This document shows, in pieces, positions 35,004 through 44,695 of a DNA stretch of 64,000 nt. The stretch spans positions 1,034 to 65,033 of the forward strand of contig VMGX01000001.1 in NCBI GenBank assembly GCA_007376805.1. Direction: 5' to 3'. The position numbers were made by a program, and so were the translations under genes. Below the pieces are notes generated by a model that was given only the letters and a program-made list of their open reading frames with translations, had not been told where the DNA came from and did no database searches. Every line of letters starts with the position of its first letter. The first letter of the stretch is position 1. Source of the DNA: Parcubacteria group bacterium Athens0714_16 (lineage in GTDB: Bacteria > Patescibacteriota > Minisyncoccia > Phycocordibacterales > 21-14-all-36-13).

Positions 35004-36272
35004 TTACAATTTTTTTATAAGTTTTTTACCTAAATATTTTGCAAGTACATCCGGAATAATTATTGAGCCATCTTTTTGTTGGCCATTTTCAATTGCTGAT
35101 ATTAAAGCCCTGGATGTTATTGCGGTGTTGTTTAACGAATGAGCATATTTCATTTTCCCATCATCGTCTTTATATCTAATATTTAATCTTCTTGTTTGAA
35201 AATCGTGGAAATATGAACATGAATGAGTTTCTCTATATTTTTTTTCAGAAGGCATCCATGCTTCTATATCATATTTTTTAACCTGCCCAAGCCCAAGATC
35301 TCCAGAAGAACAAATAACAACTCTGTATGGGACATCCAAATCCTGCATAATTTCTTCTGAATTTTTTAAAAGCTCTTCGTGCCATTTTACACTTTCTTCG
35401 TGGCTTGCTTCACAAAGCACCACCTGTTCAACTTTATAAAACTCATGAACTCTAAATAATCCTTTCGTATCTTTTCCATGACTTCCTGCTTCGCGTCTGA
35501 AACAAGGAGAAAAAGAAATAAATTTTATTGGGAGAGATTTTTTATCAACAACTTCATTCATATAATAACCCATGGTAGCAACTTCAGCTGTTCCAGAAAG
35601 AAAATCTCCGTCTTGAGTTTTGTATAAATCCTCTTCGCCCTGTGGAAGATATCCCGTGCCAACAAAAGGTTCTCTAGAAACCATTGATGGAACTATCATG
35701 GGAGTAAAACCTTTTTTCGTAACAAATTTATCAATTGTGTATTGCCAAAGCGCAAGGTTTAAAAGAGCTCCTTCGTTTTTCATAAAATAACCACGAAATC
35801 CGGCAACCTTCGCACCTCTTTCAAAATCAACCATGTCAAGATTTTTCATAATCTCAACATGACTTTTGATATCAAAATCAAATTCAGGAATATCACCCCA
35901 TTTTCTTACTTCTTTATTATCTTCTTCTCCCTTACCATCGGGGACAGACATATCTGGTATGTTTGGAACCTGCAACATAATAATTTGCCACGCCTTTATC
36001 ACTTCCCTCATTTCATCTTCTTCTTTCTGCATTTCTATTTTAAGTTTCTGCATGTCTGCTATAAGAAAATTTCTTTCATTTTGATCTTTTGCTACTGATA
36101 TTCTTTTTGTAACTTCATTTTGTTCATTTCTTTTTTTATCAACCGACACAATAAGAGATTTTCTTTTTTCATCAAGACCAATAAGCTCATCAATATCTAC
36201 TTTGATTAACTTTTTCTTTGTGGCCTCTTTAATTAGGTCTTTATTTTCTCTTATAAACTTTATATCTAACAT
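35004..36272 (-). CDS. serS: Seryl-tRNA synthetase
   Basis: MLDIKFIRENKDLI coiled-coil arm, class II motifs FRREAGS and LNNTAITSRAL. Confidence 0.95.
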   Translation of the reverse strand: MLDIKFIRENKDLIKEATKKKLIKVDIDELIGLDEKRKSLIVSVDKKRNEQNEVTKRISVAKDQNERNFLIADMQKLKIEMQKEEDEMREVIKAWQIIMLQVPNIPDMSVPDGKGEEDNKEVRKWGDIPEFDFDIKSHVEIMKNLDMVDFERGAKVAGFRGYFMKNEGALLNLALWQYTIDKFVTKKGFTPMIVPSMVSREPFVGTGYLPQGEEDLYKTQDGDFLSGTAEVATMGYYMNEVVDKKSLPIKFISFSPCFRREAGSHGKDTKGLFRVHEFYKVEQVVLCEASHEESVKWHEELLKNSEEIMQDLDVPYRVVICSSGDLGLGQVKKYDIEAWMPSEKKYRETHSCSYFHDFQTRRLNIRYKDDDGKMKYAHSLNNTAITSRALISAIENGQQKDGSIIIPDVLAKYLGKKLIKKL

Positions 36273-36300
36273 ATATTTTTGTTATAATAAATATTAACAT

Positions 36301-37167
36301 ATGGAAAATAATATACAAAAACTCAACCCGCGCGAATTTCCAGAACTTTTGAAGGAAATTACCGATCCACCAAAACAACTTTTTATAAGAGGTACTTTCC
36401 CGAACGAAAAAGAAAACAAATTTTTATGTGTAGTTGGCTCAAGAAAATATACACCCTATGGGAAAGAGGCCTGTAGAAAAATTATCGAAGGACTCGCTGG
36501 ATATCCAATAGTCATAGTGTCTGGACTGGCGATCGGTATAGATAGCGTTGCTCACAAAACAGCTCTTGAGGTTGGTCTGAAAACAATTGCCGTTCCCGGT
36601 TCGGGATTGGATGACTCTGTTTTGTATCCATCTATGAATAAAATACTTGCAAAAAATATACTAGAAAAAAACGGTGCATTAATTTCAGAATTTGAACCCA
36701 CCTTCAAAGCTACCCCGTGGAGCTTTCCGCAGAGAAACAGAATTATGGCAGGAATGTCAAATGCAGTTCTTGTAATAGAAGCTGAGAAAATTTCTGGGAC
36801 ACTAATAACATCCCGCCTTGCGACTGAATATAACAGAGATGTTCTCACAATCCCTGGTTCTATATTTTCAAAAAATTCAGAAGGACCACACATGTTATTA
36901 AGAACCGGCGCCACACCAATAACATGTGCAGGGGATGTGTTAATCGCATTAAATATAGAAAGTGAACAAAACAAAAATAAAAAAACTTTATTTGAAAATT
37001 TATCAAAAGATGAAATTGCTGTTATAAATTTATTGAAAGAACCACTTATAAAAGATGAGTTGATAAGAAATTTAAATATACCAATCAGTTCCGCAAATAT
37101 ATTATTGAGTACGATGGAATTAAAGGGACTTATATCAGAAAGAATGGGAAAAATATTTCTGGTATAA
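36301..37167 (+). CDS. dprA: DNA-processing protein DprA
   Basis: VVGSRKYTPYG, VSGLAIGIDSVAHK, FPQRNRIMAG and a C-terminal winged helix. Confidence 0.9.
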   Translation: MENNIQKLNPREFPELLKEITDPPKQLFIRGTFPNEKENKFLCVVGSRKYTPYGKEACRKIIEGLAGYPIVIVSGLAIGIDSVAHKTALEVGLKTIAVPGSGLDDSVLYPSMNKILAKNILEKNGALISEFEPTFKATPWSFPQRNRIMAGMSNAVLVIEAEKISGTLITSRLATEYNRDVLTIPGSIFSKNSEGPHMLLRTGATPITCAGDVLIALNIESEQNKNKKTLFENLSKDEIAVINLLKEPLIKDELIRNLNIPISSANILLSTMELKGLISERMGKIFLV

Positions 37168-37209
37168 AAAACCGACCTTTGTTTTTCACAAAAGTCGGGA
37201 TTTAAAAAC

Positions 37210-37464
37210 TCATTGGTTCTCCAATACAAAATTTTTGTCGTCTTTCTCTATTTCTTTGTTTTGATTCCATAAAATAGAAAATATTACGGAAGCAACAAAA
37301 ATTATAAGAGCAAAAACAAGCAAACATATTAAAGAAATAGATGTTACCAAATTTAAATAATCGAGGAGCAAAAATGATAAAAAAATTATTACTCCATCAA
37401 GAATCAAAATTCTTGTAAAGAACCAAGTAAACGAAAACACTGAAACAGACCTGTAATTTTCCAT
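37210..37464 (-). CDS. Small membrane protein
   Basis: ATG 37462-37464 is preceded by TAGGAGTGGGT. Three hydrophobic helices. The track start at 37521 is a TTG extension. Confidence 0.35.
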   Translation of the reverse strand: MENYRSVSVFSFTWFFTRILILDGVIIFLSFLLLDYLNLVTSISLICLLVFALIIFVASVIFSILWNQNKEIEKDDKNFVLENQ

Positions 37465-37527
37465 ACCCACTCCTACGCTATATCTACAATAATTTATACC
37501 ACAAAAATTAAAGCAGAGCAATCATTC

Positions 37528-37678
37528 ACCCTGTTAAATAATTCTTATGTTTTATTTTTATAAAACATAAGAATTAAAAATTAATAATATAAATATGAAC
37601 AAAAATTTAAAAAATAAACTTTTAAAATTGAAAACATTCATAATTTTTTAATTATTTCTAATTTTTATTTAACAGGGT
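37528..37678. mobile_element. Family B inverted-repeat mini-element, copy B1
   Basis: accctgttaaata ... tatttaacagggt termini with an AT-rich interior. Confidence 0.7.
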
Positions 37679-37719
37679 AAAGTTTTGTAAATTTTAAATT
37701 AAGAGTTATACTCCTTTAA

Positions 37720-37762
37720 ACGCAGATATACGCGGATAGCAAACCGCAGATCAATGCAGATA
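37720..37762. repeat. CGCAGAT periodic repeat, intergenic copy upstream of topA
   Basis: acgcagatatacgcggatagcaaaccgcagatcaatgcagata. Confidence 0.75.
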
Positions 37763-37797
37763 TAAAAAATAAAAAAATAATTAACTAATAAATAATA

Positions 37798-37923
37798 TGA
37801 ATCCCGTTAGAGACAGCGGTCACGGGATTAAAAATAAAATTTAAAACAACATGAATTACGGTCGTAATATTATAAAAAATAAAAAGATAGATCGTGGGTT
37901 AACCGCGACCTGTCTCTAACGGG
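37798..37923 (+). mobile_element. Family A-like element with different stem sequence, abutting the topA ATG
   Basis: ATGAATCCCGTTAGAGACAG ... CTGTCTCTAACGGG then ATGAAA of topA. Same boundary logic (ATGAATCCCG ... CGGG|ATGAA). Confidence 0.65.
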
Positions 37924-40107
37924 ATGAAACTTTTAATCGTAGAATCACCAGCAAAATCAAAAACAATTTCAAAGTATCTCAACGATTTACCCGGAGATAC
38001 TGAGTATGTTGTAAAAGCAAGTGTTGGACATATAAGAGATCTACCAAAAAGTAACAAAAAGGCCATCGACATTGAGGCCGGCTTTATTCCTTATTACGAA
38101 ATAACAAAAGGCAAAGAAAAAATAATAAGTGAGTTAAAAAAATTTTCAAAAAAAGCAGACGAAGTTTTGTTGGCGACAGACCCCGACCGCGAGGGTGAAG
38201 CAATCGCGTGGCATATAAAAGAAGTTACCGGTTTAAAAAATCCTAAAAGAATTGTTTTCAACGAAATAACAAAGGAAGCCATTCAAGAAGCGATTAAACG
38301 TCCGCGTGAAATTGATGACGATCTAAGAAAGGCACAAGAAGCCAGAAGGGTTTTAGATCGACTCGTTGGCTATGATTTATCTGGATTAATTTGGAAAAAA
38401 GTAAGATACGGTCTTTCTGCTGGGAGAGTCCAGTCCCCGGCTCTTAGAATTGTAATGGAAAAAGAAAGAGAAATAAGAGCTTTCAAGCCAGAAGATTTTT
38501 GGACAATTACTGCTGATGTTGAAAACAAAGAAAAGTTTACATTAACTTGCGCTGAGGAACCGAGAGATAAAAAAGAGGTAGATAGAATCACCGAAGTCGG
38601 AGAAAAAGGAAAATGGATTGTTGGTGATATAAAAAAAACAGAAAGAAAACAATCCCCGAAAGCTCCATTTATAACTTCAACATTACAACAAACAGCAAGT
38701 AATAGATTGGGATTTTCTCCATCAAAGACAATGGGAGTTGCACAAAAATTATATGAATCGGGTTATATAACATATATGAGAACCGACAGTACTACACTGA
38801 GTTCAACCGCCATTGAACAAATGGAAAAAATAATCAAGAAAAAATATGGTGAAACATATTTTAAATTAAGAATTTATAAAAATAAGAGTAAGGTCGCACA
38901 GGAAGCACATGAAGCAATAAGACCTACAAATTTTAGCCTTGAAAATGCTGGTGCAAATGAAGAACAAAAAAGATTATACAAATTAATTTGGACAAGAACC
39001 GTTTCATCACAAATGGAAGATGCAAAAATATCTAACACAAAAATAATTGCAACAATAAATGATGGTGAAATACCAAATTTCAGTATAAACGGGTCAATCA
39101 TTCTTTTTGATGGATGGATGAAGATAGACAGAGATGATGGAGAAAAAAACAATGAACTACCAGACGTTTCTGTGGGTGAAAAACTAAAACTTCTTAAAAT
39201 AACTCCCGAAGCAAAACAAACACAACCACCCTCAAGATACACCGAAGCTGGCTTAATAAAAGAACTTGAAAAACGAGATATCGGCAGGCCGTCAACCTAC
39301 GCAACAATAATGAAAACTTTAAACGACCGTGGTTATGTTGAGAAAAAAAACAAAACACTTTTCCCCACCGACACTGGTGATGTGGTTAGTTCTTTTATTG
39401 AACAAAATTTTGAAAACTATGTGAGTGATTCTTTTACTGCTGAAATGGAAAATGAGCTTGATGAAATAGCAAACGGAAAAAGAGATTACACAAAAACATT
39501 AAAAGATTTTTATGGGCCATTTAATAAAATAGTTATGTCAAAAGAAAACATAGAAAAAATAACAAATATGGGCGATGCTCCAAGTGAATTTAAGTGCCCA
39601 GAATGTGGGGCTGATATGGTTATAAAATTAAGTAAAAATGGAAAATTTATGAGTTGTGGGAAATTCCCAGAATGTAATGGTGCAAGAACAATCGACGGAG
39701 GAATTATTGATCCACCCAAAGAAACCGGGGAACTTTGCCCTGATTGTAAAACAGGAAAACTGATAGAAAGACACGGCCGTTTTGGAAAATTTATTGCTTG
39801 TTCTAATTATCCAAAATGTAAATTTATAAAAGAAAGTGAAAATAATACTGAAAATCTAAAAAACGACACGGGCGTTGGTTGTCCAATTTGTAAGAAAGGA
39901 ACAATGGTAGAAAAGAAAGGAAAATTTGGAATATTTTATAGTTGTTCAAATTATCCAAAATGTAAGAACGCAATAAAAGCAAAACCAACTGGGGATATTT
40001 GTAAGGAATGCGGTTCTTTAATGATGGAAGGAACAAAAACAATACCGACCCGTTGTAGTAAAAAAGAATGTCCTAATCATAATCCTCATAAGCTGAAAAG
40101 CTCTTAG
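37924..40107 (+). CDS. topA: DNA topoisomerase I with C-terminal zinc ribbons
   Basis: MKLLIVESPAKSKTI Toprim, DPDREGE, active-site region YITYMRTDS, and three CxxC...CxxC ribbons. Confidence 0.95.
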   Translation: MKLLIVESPAKSKTISKYLNDLPGDTEYVVKASVGHIRDLPKSNKKAIDIEAGFIPYYEITKGKEKIISELKKFSKKADEVLLATDPDREGEAIAWHIKEVTGLKNPKRIVFNEITKEAIQEAIKRPREIDDDLRKAQEARRVLDRLVGYDLSGLIWKKVRYGLSAGRVQSPALRIVMEKEREIRAFKPEDFWTITADVENKEKFTLTCAEEPRDKKEVDRITEVGEKGKWIVGDIKKTERKQSPKAPFITSTLQQTASNRLGFSPSKTMGVAQKLYESGYITYMRTDSTTLSSTAIEQMEKIIKKKYGETYFKLRIYKNKSKVAQEAHEAIRPTNFSLENAGANEEQKRLYKLIWTRTVSSQMEDAKISNTKIIATINDGEIPNFSINGSIILFDGWMKIDRDDGEKNNELPDVSVGEKLKLLKITPEAKQTQPPSRYTEAGLIKELEKRDIGRPSTYATIMKTLNDRGYVEKKNKTLFPTDTGDVVSSFIEQNFENYVSDSFTAEMENELDEIANGKRDYTKTLKDFYGPFNKIVMSKENIEKITNMGDAPSEFKCPECGADMVIKLSKNGKFMSCGKFPECNGARTIDGGIIDPPKETGELCPDCKTGKLIERHGRFGKFIACSNYPKCKFIKESENNTENLKNDTGVGCPICKKGTMVEKKGKFGIFYSCSNYPKCKNAIKAKPTGDICKECGSLMMEGTKTIPTRCSKKECPNHNPHKLKSS

Positions 40108-40267
40108 TTTGAAACTTCTAAATGAAGTTTCAAAGAATCGTGCCAGATTTATCCATATTTTAACTTTTCAGCCCATAATTGAGGTTTTTAATCCCTTTTT
40201 CTTTTTTTTATTTTAAAATTTGGTATTTCCTACTTTTTAACAAATGGGGTTATAATCTAATAACCAC

Positions 40268-41788
40268 ATGAACACAGACGTAAAAAAACTAACTGATGGA
40301 TTTTCAGAAGAAGAAAGCTGCATAATAAAGAAAGCTTTTGAATTTGCTGAAAAACACCATAAACAACAAAAGAGACTCTCTGGTGAACCTTACTTTATCC
40401 ATCTATATAAAACCGCCTATATATTAAAAGAACTCGGTATGGGTCCAAAAACAATCGTTGCTGGGTTACTTCATGATGTTATAGAAGATGGTTGGACCGA
40501 TGAAAATATAATAAAAAAAGAATTCGGTGAAGAAATTATTTTTTTAATCGAGGGAGTAACAAAGCTTGGAAAAATAAAATTTGGAGGAGTAAAAAGATAT
40601 GTCGAAAGCTTAAGAAAATTACTTATAGCAACATCAGAAGACATTCGCGTACTCATAATAAAACTAGCTGACCGTTTACATAATATGAGAACGTTGGAAT
40701 ATATAAAAGATGACGAAAAAAGAAAAAGAATCGCAACTGAAACAATAGAAGTATATGCACCGATTGCCCATAGATTGGGTATGGGAAAATTAAAATGTGA
40801 ACTAGAAGATTTGTCTTTTAAATATTTATTTCCAGATGAATACAGCGCTGTAAAAAAAATGTTGGAAGACAAACATGGAAAAAACATCAAATCATTAAAA
40901 GAAATAAATGACGTTTTAAAAAAGAACTTGGAAAAAGAAAAGATTCACATTGAGGAAATGGGCTATAGAAAAAAACATTTGTATAGTTTGTATAAAAAAT
41001 TACAACAAAAAGAAATGGATATAGATAATGTTTTTGATGTTTTTGCTTTAAGGGTAATCGTTCCTACCATTGGAGACTGTTATAAAGTACTTGGTATTGT
41101 ACACAGTATATGGAAACCATTACTAGGAAAAATAAAAGATTACATCGCGACACCAAAACCAAATGGGTATAAAAGTATACATACAACTATATTTACCGGA
41201 AATGGAGATGTTGTAGAAATTCAGGTCAGAACAATGGAAATGCATAAGGAAGCCGAATACGGAATTGCCGCACATATTTCTTACAAAGAAAAAAACAATG
41301 AAAAAAACTCAAAGAAAGATTTGTTGTGGTTTAATAAAATTTCATCTTTGGCAAAAAAAGAAAGCTTAAATACTTCAACTGATGAAATTAAAAAAGAACC
41401 ACCAAAATGGATAAAGGACCTAGCTGAAATCCAAACAGAAATCCCAACATCAGAAGATTTTATGAACACTTTAAAAAATGATTTTTTTGAGAACAGAATT
41501 TTCGTATTTACACCAAATGGAGATGTTATTGATTTACCTATGAATTCGACACCATTGGATTTTGCATATCACATACACTCAGATATTGGAGACCACGCCT
41601 CTGGTGCAAAAGTAAATAATAAATTTGTATCACTTGATACGAATTTAAAAAACGGAGATATCGTTGAAATAACGGTAAACAAAAATGGTCACCCAACACA
41701 AAAATGGTTAAGCATCGTAAAAACATCAACAGCCAAAAGATTTATAAGACAATCTTTGTTAAAAAATTCAAATTCAAAACATTCTTAA
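40268..41788 (+). CDS. Bifunctional (p)ppGpp synthetase/hydrolase, RelA/SpoT homolog (HD-Synth-TGS)
   Basis: HD domain (LLHDVIEDG), synthetase (YKSIHTTI..EIQVRT) and a TGS domain at the C-terminus. Confidence 0.9.
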   Translation: MNTDVKKLTDGFSEEESCIIKKAFEFAEKHHKQQKRLSGEPYFIHLYKTAYILKELGMGPKTIVAGLLHDVIEDGWTDENIIKKEFGEEIIFLIEGVTKLGKIKFGGVKRYVESLRKLLIATSEDIRVLIIKLADRLHNMRTLEYIKDDEKRKRIATETIEVYAPIAHRLGMGKLKCELEDLSFKYLFPDEYSAVKKMLEDKHGKNIKSLKEINDVLKKNLEKEKIHIEEMGYRKKHLYSLYKKLQQKEMDIDNVFDVFALRVIVPTIGDCYKVLGIVHSIWKPLLGKIKDYIATPKPNGYKSIHTTIFTGNGDVVEIQVRTMEMHKEAEYGIAAHISYKEKNNEKNSKKDLLWFNKISSLAKKESLNTSTDEIKKEPPKWIKDLAEIQTEIPTSEDFMNTLKNDFFENRIFVFTPNGDVIDLPMNSTPLDFAYHIHSDIGDHASGAKVNNKFVSLDTNLKNGDIVEITVNKNGHPTQKWLSIVKTSTAKRFIRQSLLKNSNSKHS

Positions 41789-41819
41789 AAAACAAAAAAA
41801 ATATCGTGGATAAAAAAGC
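41787..41819. repeat. 33-bp direct repeat copy 1 containing CGTGGATAA
   Basis: aaaaaacaaaaaaaatatcgtggataaaaaagc, repeated at 41888..41920. Confidence 0.8.
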
Positions 41820-41887
41820 CCAAAATTGATTAAAATCAAGCACGACTCTTTAAAATCTCATTCGGAGATTTTAAAGTCAGAGCTTTA

Positions 41888-41920
41888 AAAAAACAAAAAA
41901 AATATCGTGGATAAAAAAGC
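41888..41920. repeat. 33-bp direct repeat copy 2 containing CGTGGATAA
   Basis: Identical 33-mer, adjacent to the parB terminator hairpin. Confidence 0.8.
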
Positions 41921-41937
41921 TCCCCCGGAGCTTTTTT
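41913..41937 (-). terminator. parB terminator
   Basis: aaaaaagctcc ccc ggagctttttt. Confidence 0.65.
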
Positions 41938-41939
41938 AT

Positions 41940-42962
41940 TTAAATAGAAAAATTTTTTATTGAATATATTTCTTCTTCATTTTCTGAATCGTTGTCTTCG
42001 TTTTTTTCAAAATAGAAATTATCACCAACATCTTTCATTTCTTCTTTTAAATTAATTCCTTCCGCTGAAACAATCTCTTCACCTCCATTTTCATGTATGT
42101 ATTTGTCCAACATATCTCCGACACCTTTTACACCACCAGTTGAATTTATCAAATCCAAAATTGTTCTTAAATCATTCGGAGAAAAATAATCTATAACTAT
42201 TTTCCCACCAATATCTTTTCTTTCTATTTGAACACGGGTTCCCAAAGATTGAGAAAGTTTACTTTCAATTTCAACAATTTCAGGATCATAATCATAATCT
42301 TTTTTACGAACCTTGTCCTGTGCAATCTTTCTCGCAATATGTTCTGCTTCTCTAACGGTAATTTTTTTATACAAAACTTCTTTAAACAACGTCTCTTGTT
42401 CTTCTGGTCTATCTTTTAACATCATCATAGGCCTTGCGTGACCTTCTGAAACTTTTCCGCAAACAATTGCCTCTTGCATTTTATCTGGTAATGAAAGTAA
42501 ACGAATTGTGTTTGAAACATATTCCCTACTTTTTCCTAACTTTCTTGCAATTTCATGATGTTTAAAATTAAATTCTGACGCCAGTTGGAAAAAAGCTCTT
42601 GCTCTATCAATTGGATTCAAATCCTCTCTTTGGAGATTTTCTATTATTGCCATTTCAAGTTTCATTCTTCCATCTTCTTCCCCACTTCTTATAATTGCAG
42701 GAACCTGTGAAAGCCCAGCGATTTTTGCAGCTCGATATCTTCTTTCACCAGCGATTAATTCATATTGGGTCATCAAGCCACCATCGTCTCTTGTAATTTC
42801 TAAACGAGTAACAACAAGCGGTTGAAGAATCCCATATTGTTTTATAGATTCAGCTAAATCATTGAGTCGATTTTGGTCAAACTCAGTTCTTGGTTGATAT
42901 GGATTTGGTCTTATTTTATTTACCTCTATCCAAAATATTGAATTGTCTTGAAAGTTGGACAT
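41940..42962 (-). CDS. parB: Chromosome partitioning protein ParB/Spo0J
   Basis: GILQPLVV, ELIAGERRYRAA, IIENLQREDLNPID, HTH SREYVSNTIRLL. Confidence 0.9.
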   Translation of the reverse strand: MSNFQDNSIFWIEVNKIRPNPYQPRTEFDQNRLNDLAESIKQYGILQPLVVTRLEITRDDGGLMTQYELIAGERRYRAAKIAGLSQVPAIIRSGEEDGRMKLEMAIIENLQREDLNPIDRARAFFQLASEFNFKHHEIARKLGKSREYVSNTIRLLSLPDKMQEAIVCGKVSEGHARPMMMLKDRPEEQETLFKEVLYKKITVREAEHIARKIAQDKVRKKDYDYDPEIVEIESKLSQSLGTRVQIERKDIGGKIVIDYFSPNDLRTILDLINSTGGVKGVGDMLDKYIHENGGEEIVSAEGINLKEEMKDVGDNFYFEKNEDNDSENEEEIYSIKNFSI

Positions 42963-42965
42963 AAT

Positions 42966-43005
42966 AAATCATGAAATCACAAAATCACTAAAACATAAAA
43001 ACAAA
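42966..43005 (-). repeat. 8-bp phased tract directly upstream of the parB ATG
   Basis: Plus strand reads aaatcatg aaatcaca aaatcact aaaacata aaaacaaa. Confidence 0.7.
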
Positions 43006-43074
43006 AATACTATCTAACAGAGTTAATTTTAACATTTTATTTTTGTAAAATGAATAGTGAGTTCAAAATATATG

Positions 43075-43156
43075 TGCCGCGGGAGAGAATCGAACTCTCA
43101 TGAATTACTTCACACGATTTTGAGTCGTGCGCGTCTACCAATTCCGCCACCGCGGC
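43075..43156 (-). tRNA. tRNA-Leu(CAA)
   Basis: GCCGCGG UG GCGGAAUUGGUAGACGC G CACGA CUCAAAA UCGUG, long variable arm, GAGAG UUCGAUU CUCUC CCGCGGC A. Confidence 0.85.
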
Positions 43157-43274
43157 ATATAATCAGATTACTTAATTTTTAACTAAAAATCAATCAAATA
43201 TTGTTTTTACATAAAACCGAATTATAATAGAAAAAGAGCAAAATTTTAAAATAAAAAATCTTGCTCTTATATTC

Positions 43275-43604
43275 TTAATCTTTACTTACTTTTTTGTTGG
43301 TTGCTATGAATTCAACGTCATAATACCAAAAAGAAAAATAGTGGTCTTTTTTAGGATATCCTTTATTTTTCCACCATAGATAAGCTTCTTCATTACTGTT
43401 TTTCAAAACATCCAGCGCTGTTTTCTGGTCTACAAAAAAACAACTCTTTTTGGGTTTTTTAACAGACTTCTTGCTAACAATATTATAGGCTGTTCTTTTT
43501 TCATCATCAAAGAATGATATTGGTAATAAAAGACCAACCCAAGCTTCTTTTACCCACTGTGGCTTCCCAGTTGGTGCTCTTTCTACTTTTATACTTCCAA
43601 TCAT
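43275..43604 (-). CDS. Hypothetical protein
   Basis: 109-aa ORF only. Confidence 0.35.
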   Translation of the reverse strand: MIGSIKVERAPTGKPQWVKEAWVGLLLPISFFDDEKRTAYNIVSKKSVKKPKKSCFFVDQKTALDVLKNSNEEAYLWWKNKGYPKKDHYFSFWYYDVEFIATNKKVSKD

Positions 43605-43674
43605 TAAATCCTCCGGATTATTATTTTAATTTTAAATTTTACAAAATCTGTTTCAGAATATAACATATTCAATA

Positions 43675-44616
43675 ATGACAAACAAGAAACAAAAAATCAT
43701 TGTAATCCTCGGACCGACGGCTTCTGGAAAGAGTGATTTGGCTGTAAAACTCGCTAAAAAAATTAATGGTGAGATTATTTCTGCTGATTCAAGGCAGGTT
43801 TATAAAGGAATGAATATTGGAACTGGGAAAATCACATCAAAAGAAATGGGTAAAATCCCACACCATTTACTTGATATTAAAGACCCCAAAAAACAATTTA
43901 CAGTCGTTGATTTTAAAAAATTAACAGAGAAGGAAATCCAAGAAATATTAAAGAGAAACAAAACACCAATAATCTGTGGTGGGACTGGTTTTTATATAGA
44001 TGCGATTGTTAAGAATATAAATTTCACACAAGTTGGACCTGACAAAAAGTTAAGAAAAGAATTAGAAAAAAAATCTGTTGAAGAATTGTTTAGGATGTTA
44101 AAAAAATTAAATCCAGCTCGTTCTAAAAACATTGATTCAAAAAATAAGAGACGGCTCATTCGGGCTATAGAAATAGCAAAAAATCATAAAATCACAAAAT
44201 CACAAAACCATAAAATCAAAGAAAACAAACTGTCCCCCTATTCGCTACAATTAGGGGATAAACAAAAATATGAGTTTTTAGAGATTGGAGCAAAAACCGA
44301 AAATGAAAAATTGAGAAAATTAATTCATGACCGACTTATAAAAAGAATTAAAAAAGGAATGATAAACGAAGTTAAAAAGCTCCACGAAAATGGCGTGAGT
44401 TGGAAAAGATTAGATGACTTTGGTCTTGAGTACAGATTTATTTCTCGTTATCTTCGTGGCTTATTATCAAAAGATGAAATGATTCAACAATTAGAAACAA
44501 AAATTTGGCAATTTTCCAAACGCCAAAAAACATGGTTTAAAAGAAATAAAAATATAAAGTGGTTTGAATTAAAGGATTATAAAAAGATTGAAAAAGAACT
44601 AAAAGAGTTTCTATAA
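43675..44616 (+). CDS. miaA: tRNA dimethylallyltransferase with repeat-derived internal insert
   Basis: GPTASGKS P-loop, ISADSRQVYKGMNIGTGK, PHHLLD, GGTGFY. Confidence 0.9.
   Translation: MTNKKQKIIVILGPTASGKSDLAVKLAKKINGEIISADSRQVYKGMNIGTGKITSKEMGKIPHHLLDIKDPKKQFTVVDFKKLTEKEIQEILKRNKTPIICGGTGFYIDAIVKNINFTQVGPDKKLRKELEKKSVEELFRMLKKLNPARSKNIDSKNKRRLIRAIEIAKNHKITKSQNHKIKENKLSPYSLQLGDKQKYEFLEIGAKTENEKLRKLIHDRLIKRIKKGMINEVKKLHENGVSWKRLDDFGLEYRFISRYLRGLLSKDEMIQQLETKIWQFSKRQKTWFKRNKNIKWFELKDYKKIEKELKEFL
44181..44220. repeat. 8-bp phased tract inside the miaA CDS
   Basis: aaatcata aaatcaca aaatcaca aaaccata aaatcaaa, translated as KNHKITKSQNHKIK. Confidence 0.7.
44233..44258. repeat. Hairpin family H2 inside the miaA coding sequence
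   Basis: tccccctattcgctacaattagggga, translated as SPYSLQLG. Confidence 0.7.
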
Positions 44617-44695
44617 AACAGTAAGTGTCATTCGGTTTTGAAACTTATTATTAATAAATAAGAGTAAAATAGAATTCTAATCTATATTTTATTTT

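Noticed and set aside
36552-37229. 225-aa minus-strand ORF overlapping dprA. Similar long antisense ORFs lie at 48392..48988, 12656..13177, 16543..16968, 56808..57524 and 38874..39242
   Set aside because: Each lies antisense to a gene with strong family motifs (or across tRNA genes) and has Ser/Phe/Ile-rich low-complexity composition. Such ORFs are expected in AT-rich DNA with few stop codons on the antisense strand.
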